A stretch of 42,434 nucleotides of DNA from Eubacteriales bacterium (GTDB lineage: Bacteria > Bacillota > Clostridia > Oscillospirales > CAG-272): the NCBI GenBank assembly GCA_045588595.1, contig JAZNEM010000024.1, positions 1 through 42,434 of the forward strand, in the 5' to 3' direction. The position numbers were made by a program, and so were the translations under genes. This document shows, one piece after another, positions 19,284-28,845 of this stretch. Positions within the stretch are counted from its first letter, which is position 1. Every line of letters begins with the position of its first letter. The notes below the pieces were generated by a model. That model saw only the letters and a list, made by a program, of their open reading frames with translations. It had not been told where the DNA came from and did not search any database.

Positions 19284-20726
19284 ATGAAAAAAATACTGTT
19301 TGTCGGTGCTGAAGCAATGCCCTTTGCGGCTACGGGCGGACTTGGAGACGTTCTTGGCTCTTTGCCTGCGGCTATAAAGCTTGAGGGGGGCGCGGAAGTC
19401 GATGTAAGAGTCGTACTGCCTCTTTATAGCGCAGTTTCTGACACTTGGCGTAAAAAAATGAAGTTGATAGCCGAATATGAGCTTTCGCTTGCATGGCGTA
19501 AGCAATACTGTGGTATTTACAGTCTTGTAAAAGATGGTGTTACCTATTATTTTATAGATAACGAATACTACTTTAAACGCGATACTCTGTACGGTCAGTT
19601 TGATGACGGCGAACGCTTTGCGTTTTTCTGTAAGGTTGCGGTCGATATGCTCGGAGTTATCGGATTTTACCCCGATATTTTGCACGCGCATGATTGGCAA
19701 GCCGCTCTTTGTCCCATATATCTTAACAGAAAATACAGAGGATATGAGGGCTATGAAAATATAAAGACCGTATTTACCATTCACAATATAGAGTATCAGG
19801 GAAAATACGACTTTTTCATACTCGGAGACGTATTCGAGCTTGCGCAGAGTGACCGTGATATCGTTGAATACGACGGGTGCATAAATCTCATGAAGGGAGC
19901 TATCGTAAGTGCTGATATCGTAAGCACTGTAAGCCCGCGTTATGCACAGGAGATATGTACCTCGGAGTACGCTCACGGACTTGACGTTATTCTTAACGAA
20001 AACTCGTATAAGCTTTGCGGTATCCTTAACGGTATAGATTACCGTTATTATAATCCTGGTACTGACAACATTATAGCAAAGAAATACAATTGGCGAACTG
20101 TCGCTCAGAAATACGAGAATAAAAAGGCTCTTCAGACAGAGCTTGGACTTCCTCAAAGAAACGATGTTCCAATGATTGCCATAATTTCAAGACTTGCTTC
20201 GCATAAGGGACTCGATCTTATCTCGGAGATAGGATACAGACTTCTTGAGAATAACGATATACAGCTCGTTGTATTGGGCAAGGGAGAGGCTGATTATGAG
20301 AGATTCTTCTGTGATCTTGAAAAAGCTTTTCCGAATAAGGTAAAGGCTCTTATCACTTATGACAGAGATCTTTCAAAGAGAATATATGCGGCAGCAGATA
20401 TCTTTTTGATGCCGTCAAAGAGTGAACCTTGCGGTCTTTCTCAAATGATTGCTTCACGTTATGGAGCGATCCCCGTAACGAGAGAAACGGGTGGACTTTA
20501 CGATTCTATAAAAGGTTACTGGGAGGATGGCGAAAATGTTATAGGTAACGGATTTACCTTCGCTAATTATTCTTCGGAAGAACTTTTGGATCGTACACTT
20601 GCCGCTGTGGAGCTTTGGAAAAACGAAGCTAAACGCAAAAAACTCGTAACAAAGATAATGCGTACCGATTTTTCATGGAAAAATTCTGCGGTCGGTTATC
20701 TTGATATGTATTCGACCATATTATAA
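19284..20726 (+). CDS. glgA: Glycogen synthase GlgA (ADP-glucose type, GT5)
   Basis: MKKILFVGAEAMPFAATGGLGDV N-terminus, plus the PSKSEPCGLSQM and TGGL motifs. Confidence 0.93.
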   Translation: MKKILFVGAEAMPFAATGGLGDVLGSLPAAIKLEGGAEVDVRVVLPLYSAVSDTWRKKMKLIAEYELSLAWRKQYCGIYSLVKDGVTYYFIDNEYYFKRDTLYGQFDDGERFAFFCKVAVDMLGVIGFYPDILHAHDWQAALCPIYLNRKYRGYEGYENIKTVFTIHNIEYQGKYDFFILGDVFELAQSDRDIVEYDGCINLMKGAIVSADIVSTVSPRYAQEICTSEYAHGLDVILNENSYKLCGILNGIDYRYYNPGTDNIIAKKYNWRTVAQKYENKKALQTELGLPQRNDVPMIAIISRLASHKGLDLISEIGYRLLENNDIQLVVLGKGEADYERFFCDLEKAFPNKVKALITYDRDLSKRIYAAADIFLMPSKSEPCGLSQMIASRYGAIPVTRETGGLYDSIKGYWEDGENVIGNGFTFANYSSEELLDRTLAAVELWKNEAKRKKLVTKIMRTDFSWKNSAVGYLDMYSTIL

Positions 20727-20752
20727 TTATCAAATAAAGATCAACAAGCAAA

Positions 20753-20785
20753 AGCACCGTATAATATATAATGTTATACGGTGCT
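20753..20785 (+). other. Intercistronic 12-bp perfect stem-loop between glgA and glgP
   Basis: AGCACCGTATAA (20753-20764) / 9-nt loop / TTATACGGTGCT (20774-20785). No U-tract follows, and it abuts the glgP SD (AAGGAAAGGA at 20786-20795). Confidence 0.6.
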
Positions 20786-20807
20786 AAGGAAAGGAAATAA
20801 ACCCGAT

Positions 20808-23255
20808 ATGAATTATACCCCCACAAAAAAAGAAGTAAGAGAAAATATTGAAGCCAAGCTTTCGCGTTACTTTGGCTGTACTCCTGCGGAAGCCTCAAGA
20901 GATCAAATGTATAAAGCTGTGGCTATGACCGTAAAAGATATGCTCACCGAAAAGCGAGGCGAATTTAAGCATAAGGTCAACGATGCAGGAGCAAAACGCG
21001 TTTATTATATGTCGATTGAATTTTTGCTTGGACGCTCACTAAAGACCAATTTAAACAATCTTGGACTTGCAAACGAGTATAATGAGGCGCTTAAAGATTT
21101 CGGATACGATCTTGAAACGGTTTACGAATGTGAGCCCGACGCAGGTCTTGGAAACGGAGGTCTTGGACGTCTTGCAGCGTGCTTTATGGATTCTCTTTCT
21201 TCACTTGATTATCCGGCAACGGGATTTTCGATCTGCTATGAATACGGACTCTTTAAGCAAATGATAGTAGACGGCATGCAGGTAGAGCTGCCTGATATCT
21301 GGTTACCCGGAGGGGAAGTATGGCTTGTGCCCAGAACCGACCGCATATATCACGTTAAGATGGGCGGACGTATAAAAGAGAATTGGAAGGACGGTCACCT
21401 CGAAATACTTTACGAGGATTGCGAGGAGATAGAGGCAGTTCCGTACGATATGATGATATCGGGCGCAGACAGCGAAGCGGTAAGCCAGCTCAGACTTTGG
21501 AAAGCAAGAGATATTCACAACTTCAATATGGGATTGTTTACGCAGGGTCAGTATGCCCGCGCAGTAGAGGAAAGCACTAACGCGGAGATAATATCCAAGG
21601 TGCTTTATCCGTCTGATAATCACATGGAAGGAAAGCTTTTGAGACTTTCTCAACAGTACTTCATGGTTTCCGCATCATGTCAGAGTATTATACGCGACCA
21701 TATGGCAGTATACGGAACGCTTGACAATCTTGCGGATAAGGTAGCTATACACATTAACGATACTCACCCCGCTCTTTGTATTCCCGAGCTTATGAGAATT
21801 TTGGTCGATGAATATTTTTACGATTGGGATAGAGCTTGGGATACTGTATGTAAGGTGTGCTCTTATACCAACCATACCGTTATGCCCGAGGCTCTTGAAA
21901 CGTGGAATGAGGATCTGTTCGGATTGAGACTTCCGAGAATACATTCTATCATCAAGGAGATAAACGAACGTTTCTGCAAAGACGCTTGGAAGAGCTTCCC
22001 AGGAAATTGGAACAGAATTTCAAAGATGAGTATTATCGGATACGGTCAGGTACGCATGGCGAATCTTTGCGTTATCGGAAGCCATTCGGTAAACGGAGTT
22101 TCAAAGCTTCACTCTGATATTCTTACAAAGACGGTATTTAAGGATTTTTATCAGATGTATCCCGAAAAGTTCTGTAATGTAACGAACGGTATCGCTCATC
22201 GCCGTTGGCTTTGCTATTCCAATCCATCACTTGCGGGACTTCTCGACGAATGTATAGGAACGGGTTACCGTCATAATCCAATAGAGCTTTCGGAATTTGC
22301 AAAATTTGCAGACGATAAGGAAGTGCTCGAAAGATTAAGAGCTATAAAGCATCAGAACAAAATAGAATTTTCAAACCGCTTGTATAAAAAGACAGGTAAG
22401 GCAATAGATACTCACTCGCTTTTCGACGTTCATGTAAAGCGTCTCCATGAGTATAAACGCCAGCTCTTGAACACGCTTAATATAATCGGGCTGTATCTCG
22501 ATATAAAAGAGAATCCGAACAAGGAGTTTCAGCCTCAGAGCTTTATATTTGCCGCAAAAGCAGCGCCCGGATACTATATGGCAAAGAATATCATAAAGCT
22601 TATATACTTCCTTGGCAAAGAGATAGAAAACGACCCTGTAGTTCGTGAAAAGCTTTCTGTAAACTTCCTTGAGGATTATAACGTAAGTATGGCAGAAGCG
22701 CTTATTCCCTCTGCAGAAATAAGCGAGCAGATATCTCTTGCGGGCAAAGAGGCAAGCGGAACGGGTTGCATGAAGCTTATGATAAACGGAGCTATGACTC
22801 TCGGAACGCTTGATGGAGCGAATATAGAGATGCTCAATGCGGCAGGTAAGGAAAATATGTATATTTTCGGTCTTACCAGCGCAGAGGTGGACGATATATG
22901 GCTTCGCGGCTATAACAGCGCGGAATTTTACGCTAATAACGAACGTATAAGACGTATAATTAGTGCTCTTAACGTGGGATTTGCTGGAGAATCCTTTGCA
23001 GATATCGCAAATTACCTTATTTCAGGTCCAGGTATCCCCGACCCGTATATGTGTCTTGCTGATTTTGATTCCTACCATATGACTCGTGAGCGTGCAATAA
23101 GAGATTATGCCGATAAGGAAAAATGGAATCGTATGTCGCTTATGAACATTTCTGCGGCAGGATATTTTGCCGCAGACCGTTCAATAGACGAATATGCTCA
23201 AAATATATGGAATCTTAAAAAAATGACGGATAAAAAACTAAAAAAAGGGAACTAA
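20808..23255 (+). CDS. glgP: Glycogen/maltodextrin phosphorylase GlgP (GT35)
   Basis: YYMSIEFLLGR, NDTHPAL and the PLP-lysine region EASGTGCMKLMINGA. Confidence 0.95.
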   Translation: MNYTPTKKEVRENIEAKLSRYFGCTPAEASRDQMYKAVAMTVKDMLTEKRGEFKHKVNDAGAKRVYYMSIEFLLGRSLKTNLNNLGLANEYNEALKDFGYDLETVYECEPDAGLGNGGLGRLAACFMDSLSSLDYPATGFSICYEYGLFKQMIVDGMQVELPDIWLPGGEVWLVPRTDRIYHVKMGGRIKENWKDGHLEILYEDCEEIEAVPYDMMISGADSEAVSQLRLWKARDIHNFNMGLFTQGQYARAVEESTNAEIISKVLYPSDNHMEGKLLRLSQQYFMVSASCQSIIRDHMAVYGTLDNLADKVAIHINDTHPALCIPELMRILVDEYFYDWDRAWDTVCKVCSYTNHTVMPEALETWNEDLFGLRLPRIHSIIKEINERFCKDAWKSFPGNWNRISKMSIIGYGQVRMANLCVIGSHSVNGVSKLHSDILTKTVFKDFYQMYPEKFCNVTNGIAHRRWLCYSNPSLAGLLDECIGTGYRHNPIELSEFAKFADDKEVLERLRAIKHQNKIEFSNRLYKKTGKAIDTHSLFDVHVKRLHEYKRQLLNTLNIIGLYLDIKENPNKEFQPQSFIFAAKAAPGYYMAKNIIKLIYFLGKEIENDPVVREKLSVNFLEDYNVSMAEALIPSAEISEQISLAGKEASGTGCMKLMINGAMTLGTLDGANIEMLNAAGKENMYIFGLTSAEVDDIWLRGYNSAEFYANNERIRRIISALNVGFAGESFADIANYLISGPGIPDPYMCLADFDSYHMTRERAIRDYADKEKWNRMSLMNISAAGYFAADRSIDEYAQNIWNLKKMTDKKLKKGN

Positions 23256-25151
23256 ATGCTTACTAAAATTTCCGAGTATGATCGAGAAATGCCAGTCATA
23301 AAGAAAATTGTTGACGGCGAAAACCTCTCTCACAGAGGCGCGTTTCCATTTGGAAGTATATTAAATATCGTTGTCGAAGCACCGAGAAAGCTCGGTGCTT
23401 CGGCAGTCGTTTTACGTATATGCCGAGACGGAGAAGCTGACATGGACATGCCGCTTTCTTTTACGTCAACAAGCGAAGGGATAGATATTTACACTCTTGA
23501 GCTTGATACGAAGAAGCTTTGTAATGACTTTGAGGAAGGCTTGTTTTATTATGAATTTATTTTCCTTCGAGGCTTTGATACACTGTTTACCGATACTTAT
23601 AATAATGTGGATTTTTCTCTCGCAGAACGTTCTGCGGGGAGATTTTTGCTTTTGATACATGAGCAAGATTTCGAGACTCCGAGATGGTTTTTTGGAAGAA
23701 CGATGTATCATATTTTTGTTGACCGATTTTGCAAGGGAGCGCGCGAGATAGAAGTGCGCGCAGATGCCGTTATGAATAACGATTGGGAAAACGGTATCCC
23801 TCAATATCCAAAGAAAAACGGAGATGCACTTTCAAATAACGTATTTTTCGGCGGTAACCTTTTCGGTATTGTAGAAAAGCTTGATTATCTCAAATCCATG
23901 GGGGTCGGAGTAATATATTTAAGTCCGATATTTAAAGCTTATTCCAATCATAAATACGATACGGGAAATTATCTTGAGATAGATCAAGGTTTTGGCGGAG
24001 AAGAGGCGTTTGAGCTTTTGCTCGCAGAGACTAAAAAAAGAGATATACGTATTATTTTGGACGGTGTATTTAATCATACGGGAGACGATAGTCTATACTT
24101 TGACCGATATGGAAAATACGGTGGCAAGGGCGCATATACGAATGAAAATTCACCGTATCGCGACTGGTTTAATTTTAAGAGCTACCCAAACGAATACGAA
24201 ACCTGGTGGGGCATAAAAATACTCCCGAGGCTTAATTCCGATAACGAATCCTGCAGAGATTTCTTTGTAGGCAAAGGCGGTGTTGTCGAACATTATATAG
24301 AACGAGGTATAGGCGGTTGGCGTCTCGATGTAGCGGACGAGCTTTCGAATACGTTTCTCGACAAACTCCGAAAGACCGCTAAAAAGGCTTCGGACGGAGA
24401 AGCTGTTATCATAGGTGAAGTGTGGGAAAATGCCGTAGAAAAGATAGCGTATGGAAAAAGAAGACGGTATTTGAGAGGCTCACAGCTCGATAGCGTTATG
24501 AACTATCCGTTCCGTAACGGTATTCTTGCGTTTGTTCTTGATAAAGATGCCGAATTTTTAGCAAACGTCTTGAAAGCCATATATTCCACCTATCCTAAAT
24601 GCGTTTGTGATTCACTTATGAATATTCTTGGCACGCACGATACCGAGCGAATTCTTACCGTGCTCGGTGAAGGACGTGAAGGAAGTGACGAATCTAACGA
24701 CGTATTGGCGCATAAAAAGCTTTCAGAAGAAGAAAAAGAAAAAGCGGTCAAGTTATTGAAGATAGCCGCCTCTGTTCAGTTTACCGTTTACGGAGTACCG
24801 TCCGTGTTTTACGGTGACGAGGCGGGAATCGAGGGCTATCACGATCCTTTTTGCCGTCGCACTTATCCATGGGGCAGAGAAAATGCACAGCTTTTGGAGC
24901 ATTACCGTATTCTCGGCTCTTTGCGACAAAACGAGCCTTTGCTTTGTGACGGTGAGTTTTGTATTGAATACGCAAAAAAATCTCGGATCGTTTATACAAG
25001 AACCTCGGGAAATCGTAAGCTCACAGTTATCGCTAATATGTCAAACGATCCCTTTGAATATGTTTTGAATGAAAATTGCACTGATATAGTAAGCGGACTC
25101 GTATATTGCGGAAAAGTAGAGCCTCTATCTTGCGTAATTTTAAAAGCATAG
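23256..25151 (+). CDS. GH13 alpha-amylase-family hydrolase (neopullulanase/cyclomaltodextrinase/debranching-like)
   Basis: All four GH13 regions are intact: ILDGVFNHTG, GGWRLDVADE, IIGEVWE and LGTHDTER. ATG directly follows the glgP stop. Confidence 0.87.
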   Translation: MLTKISEYDREMPVIKKIVDGENLSHRGAFPFGSILNIVVEAPRKLGASAVVLRICRDGEADMDMPLSFTSTSEGIDIYTLELDTKKLCNDFEEGLFYYEFIFLRGFDTLFTDTYNNVDFSLAERSAGRFLLLIHEQDFETPRWFFGRTMYHIFVDRFCKGAREIEVRADAVMNNDWENGIPQYPKKNGDALSNNVFFGGNLFGIVEKLDYLKSMGVGVIYLSPIFKAYSNHKYDTGNYLEIDQGFGGEEAFELLLAETKKRDIRIILDGVFNHTGDDSLYFDRYGKYGGKGAYTNENSPYRDWFNFKSYPNEYETWWGIKILPRLNSDNESCRDFFVGKGGVVEHYIERGIGGWRLDVADELSNTFLDKLRKTAKKASDGEAVIIGEVWENAVEKIAYGKRRRYLRGSQLDSVMNYPFRNGILAFVLDKDAEFLANVLKAIYSTYPKCVCDSLMNILGTHDTERILTVLGEGREGSDESNDVLAHKKLSEEEKEKAVKLLKIAASVQFTVYGVPSVFYGDEAGIEGYHDPFCRRTYPWGRENAQLLEHYRILGSLRQNEPLLCDGEFCIEYAKKSRIVYTRTSGNRKLTVIANMSNDPFEYVLNENCTDIVSGLVYCGKVEPLSCVILKA

Positions 25152-25181
25152 GAAGTTGATTTCTTTTTAGGAGATAAGTAT

Positions 25182-25529
25182 ATGGGACTTTTAAAAAAAG
25201 CATTAAAAAATATTACGAAAAGTAAAAATCCTAACAGTCCGAAATACAGAAGAGAAATGGCTATGGCAGTCGTTGGACAACACATAAAATACGTTACCGA
25301 AAAGCGTGATGATGTGGATGAGGTCATTGGCAGAAACGGCGGTCTTAATATACGAGATGATGAATTTATTGTATACGCGTCGGCTAACGTCGTATTCAGG
25401 TGTAAAATAGACGAGCTTCAGATATGGGAGCTTCTTTCGCGTGACGGTGTCGTACTTACGGGTCCCGACCTTGAAAACGGCGGCAAAGAGCGAACCGTTA
25501 TTGCATATTACGTTTATTACCGAAAATAA
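25182..25529 (+). CDS. Hypothetical small soluble protein (115 aa), last gene of the glycogen transcription unit
   Basis: AGGAG at 25170-25174 precedes ATG 25182. No terminator separates it from the GH13 gene, and a strong terminator follows it. I recognise no family. Confidence 0.55.
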   Translation: MGLLKKALKNITKSKNPNSPKYRREMAMAVVGQHIKYVTEKRDDVDEVIGRNGGLNIRDDEFIVYASANVVFRCKIDELQIWELLSRDGVVLTGPDLENGGKERTVIAYYVYYRK

Positions 25530-25533
25530 GGAA

Positions 25534-25574
25534 AAGACTCCTATCATTAGAAAAAAACGATAGGAGTCTTTTTA
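25534..25574 (+). terminator. Intrinsic terminator ending the glycogen operon
   Basis: AAGACTCCTATC (25534-25545) pairs with GATAGGAGTCTT (25559-25570), giving a 12-bp stem that runs into a T-tract. Confidence 0.8.
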
Positions 25575-25580
25575 TAATGA

Positions 25581-25609
25581 TTGACATTTGATAACAAATA
25601 TTGTATAAT
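25581..25609 (+). promoter_or_regulatory. Consensus sigma-A promoter of the 770-aa membrane protein gene
   Basis: TTGACA (25581-25586), 17-nt spacer, TATAAT (25604-25609). Confidence 0.75.
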
Positions 25610-25641
25610 TAATATATATTTTATATGCTTGTAGAGGCGTT

Positions 25642-27954
25642 ATGTTTATTTTGAATTTTTTGATACCGATATTAATATCTTATATTGCGTGGATACCGTA
25701 CATTTATAAAAATGATAAGAATATTTTAAAGAAGCCTAAGACTCATATTATATCTTGGGGCATCGTGGCTTGTGTTCTTGTGGCGCAGATGTTTCTTTAT
25801 ATGGATTTTGGTACAATATTGAGCTTTTCAATGTGGAAGCTTTTTACTGTGCTTATCGTGTCTGCTTTTTTTACGCTGATAGCTCACGGAGCAATGTATC
25901 TTTTTAAGACCGGATCTTTCGTTGTGGCTCTTTTGTTGTTCTTTTGCGTAGCTCTTTGCTTGGAGCTTACTTTATTCAATTTCCGATTTTATCAGACTGC
26001 GTATTACGAGCCCGTGGACGTTACCGATCAAATCAAATTTCCGTATGATCCTGATGATGAAAATAATAATGAAAATAACGTATATAAATTTGAGAATACG
26101 TACGTAACGTTCAGAATACCAGACGTTGATATGAAGGTGAATAATATTTATCTTGATATCACGGCAAGAGACGATGATCTTGATGTTGAAAATCTCTATG
26201 CCGAGATCTCTTTTACAGATGAATCGAACACAGAGAGCCTTATATATACGCCCGAGCATACGGTGATGGCAGAGGTGGAATCAACTAAATATCTTCACCT
26301 TATGACGAACGGTGAAGTAGGTGACGTGTATATTACGATCAGTACCGATTACGCAAAGACATATCAATTAGACGGGGTGATTTTTAATGTATCTCAACCG
26401 TTTAACTTTAGTGTGATACGCCTCATAGCAGTATTTTTGTTGCTTTTCATCTTTTGGATATTGCGTCCTTCAAGTAAGCTTTGGGGATATTCTTATAATG
26501 ATAAAAGCATAAAGCAAAAAGCGGTCACCGTGCTCATCATTTGCGTCCAGATATTCCTCTTGTTTGGCATAAGCTTGCTAAACCCCATATTTTACGGTCA
26601 TCCGGCATATCATACAAGACAGTACCAACAGCTTGCAGATAGTTTTATTGACGGAAGACTCTATCTTGAGGATACTCCGCCCGAATTTCTCGCGGAAATG
26701 GAGAACCCTTACGATTACGGAGCGCGAACCGATGCCGCGGCAGAAAACGGTCAAACGTATTATTGGGATGCAGCTTATTACGAAGGTCGTTATTATGTAT
26801 ATTTCGGCGTAATACCCGTATTGCTGTTATATCTTCCGTTTAAAGTCATTACGGGAATAGATCTGCCAAATATAGCCGCTATAAATATTTTTATGGTTTT
26901 CTTTGTAATAGGCTCATTTTTCCTTATCGGTAAAATAATCAAAAGATATTTTTCAAACAAACGAATTCCGTATCTTTCATATCTTATATTGTCGCTTATA
27001 TTTGTAAACGCTTCATGCGGAGTATTTATAGCAAAACGCCCCGATTTTTATTCCGTGCCTATATTGGCAGCTCTGACCTTTACCGTTTTCGGACTTGGTT
27101 TTTGGCTATCTTCGCTCGAAAAGGGAGGACTTGACCCATTTTATGCATTTTTAGGCTCACTATGTATGGCGCTTGTAGCGGGATGCAGACCTCAACTTCT
27201 TCTCGTTTCAGCGATGGCGATAATCATATTTTGGAGTGCGGTATTCAAGGAACGCCTGCTTTTCTCAAAGAAAAGTGTATTTTCTACCGTCGCTATATGT
27301 CTGCCTTACGTTATAGTTGCCGTAGGTATCATGTGGTATAATGCCGCAAGATTCGGTTCACCATTTGATTTTGGCGCGAATTATAATCTTACCACAAACG
27401 ATATGACAGGAAGAGGATACCGTGTAGAGAGAGTAGGACTTTCAGTGTTTACGTATCTTTTTCAACCGCCTTACTTTATTGCAAGATTTCCGTTCTTGCG
27501 CTCGGTAAATATCAATACCGGATATATGGGGCAGACCATAACCGAATCGATGTTTGGCGGAATATTTGCGGTCATTCCTCTATTATGGCTTATATTCTTG
27601 ATACCACGTTATTCAAAGTATATGAAAAAAGCGAAAATATTCGCGTTTGCGTGTCTATCGGTGGCACTTTCGGTGTTTATAGCTATGTTTGACGCGCAAG
27701 GCGCAGGAATTTTACAGAGATATGTAAATGACTTTTCATTCCTCGCAATACTCGGCGCAATTGCCGTAGCTCTGACGGTTATCTCGGTAAACAGAACGAG
27801 CGGTTCTTCGCGGATAAGATCGTTTTTGCGCTTTGCTCTTTTTGGAAGCGGAGCATATTGTGCCATGATAATTTTTGCTAAATACAGTGTGGAAATTTAT
27901 TATTATAATCCGTATTTGTTTAATAAAGTAGCTGAACTTGTAGAGTTCTGGTGA
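25642..27954 (+). CDS. Large polytopic membrane protein, possible GT-C-fold glycosyltransferase with an extra N-terminal 4-TM plus extracytoplasmic domain
   Basis: About 18 hydrophobic segments. A soluble acidic segment spans about aa 125-255. The loop motif YYWDAAYYEGRYYVYFGVIPVLLLYLPF resembles membrane glycosyltransferase families. The function call is tentative. Confidence 0.6.
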   Translation: MFILNFLIPILISYIAWIPYIYKNDKNILKKPKTHIISWGIVACVLVAQMFLYMDFGTILSFSMWKLFTVLIVSAFFTLIAHGAMYLFKTGSFVVALLLFFCVALCLELTLFNFRFYQTAYYEPVDVTDQIKFPYDPDDENNNENNVYKFENTYVTFRIPDVDMKVNNIYLDITARDDDLDVENLYAEISFTDESNTESLIYTPEHTVMAEVESTKYLHLMTNGEVGDVYITISTDYAKTYQLDGVIFNVSQPFNFSVIRLIAVFLLLFIFWILRPSSKLWGYSYNDKSIKQKAVTVLIICVQIFLLFGISLLNPIFYGHPAYHTRQYQQLADSFIDGRLYLEDTPPEFLAEMENPYDYGARTDAAAENGQTYYWDAAYYEGRYYVYFGVIPVLLLYLPFKVITGIDLPNIAAINIFMVFFVIGSFFLIGKIIKRYFSNKRIPYLSYLILSLIFVNASCGVFIAKRPDFYSVPILAALTFTVFGLGFWLSSLEKGGLDPFYAFLGSLCMALVAGCRPQLLLVSAMAIIIFWSAVFKERLLFSKKSVFSTVAICLPYVIVAVGIMWYNAARFGSPFDFGANYNLTTNDMTGRGYRVERVGLSVFTYLFQPPYFIARFPFLRSVNINTGYMGQTITESMFGGIFAVIPLLWLIFLIPRYSKYMKKAKIFAFACLSVALSVFIAMFDAQGAGILQRYVNDFSFLAILGAIAVALTVISVNRTSGSSRIRSFLRFALFGSGAYCAMIIFAKYSVEIYYYNPYLFNKVAELVEFW

Positions 27955-27999
27955 TCTTTGCATAATATAAAAATAAAAATATTTGCGGAGAATTATAAT

Positions 28000-28815
28000 A
28001 TGATAAAAACTGTTTTTGAAAACGGAGTAGTTTATTACCGTTCTCTCCTGATCCCGTGTGCTCACGGATTTTCAACACGTATCGGCGGAGTCAGCAAGCT
28101 TAAGCATACCGCCTCACTAAATCTCGGTGTCGGCAGAGACGATCCCGACGATATAGTTTTGCAAAATCTCGCGCTTTTTTCAAAAGCTTTGGGGATCAAG
28201 CCTGAATCGGTCATTTCCGCTAAACAGATACACTCCGATATAGTCAGAACAGTAGATTTAAAGGACTGTGGAGAAGGCTATTATTTCCCGACCAAAGAGG
28301 CTTGCGACGGTTACGTTTCAAATATAAAGGGAATAGCACTCGGTATTCGCACGGCAGATTGCGTTCCGATACTTCTTTACTCCCCAAAGAATGACAAAGC
28401 CGAAGCGATAATAGCCGCAGTACACGCGGGGTGGAGAGGAACGCATAAAAACATTGTGTCTTGCTCCGTCAAGCGCATGGTCGATATGGGTGCTAGACCT
28501 GAAGAAATAAAGGCGGCGATAGGACCTTCGATAGCATCTTGCTGTTATGAGGTATCAAACGATTTCTTTGAGGCTTTTTGTGATACTCTTGGGAAAAATA
28601 CCGCGGAGAATTTTATTAAACCGTCTGCTAAAAAGCAAGAACACTTTATGGCGGACCTTCAAGGAATAAACACATATCAGTTAATATCGTGCGGGGTTAA
28701 AAGTGAAAACATAGATCTCGCAAACCTTTGTACTTGTTGTAATACAAATGAATTTTATTCACATAGATATTCGGGAGAAGCGAGGGGAACTATGCTTTCC
28801 TTGATATCCTTGTGA
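28000..28815 (+). CDS. pgeF: YfiH/PgeF family protein (purine nucleoside phosphorylase / peptidoglycan editing factor, DUF152)
   Basis: QIHSD, TADCVPILL, AAVHAGWRG and the C-terminal CT.C....FYSHR motif. ATG 28000 follows GGAG at 27986-27989. Confidence 0.87.
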   Translation: MIKTVFENGVVYYRSLLIPCAHGFSTRIGGVSKLKHTASLNLGVGRDDPDDIVLQNLALFSKALGIKPESVISAKQIHSDIVRTVDLKDCGEGYYFPTKEACDGYVSNIKGIALGIRTADCVPILLYSPKNDKAEAIIAAVHAGWRGTHKNIVSCSVKRMVDMGARPEEIKAAIGPSIASCCYEVSNDFFEAFCDTLGKNTAENFIKPSAKKQEHFMADLQGINTYQLISCGVKSENIDLANLCTCCNTNEFYSHRYSGEARGTMLSLISL

Positions 28816-28845
28816 CAGTGTTAAAACATCGGAGCTATAAATGTT

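Noticed and set aside
19281-20156. A 291-aa ORF antisense to glgA, the longest unexplained ORF in the track.
   Set aside because: It lies entirely inside the clearly homologous glgA frame and has no SD. Its translation is low-complexity and Ile/Val/Lys/Phe-rich, as expected for a shadow ORF on the complement of a coding strand.
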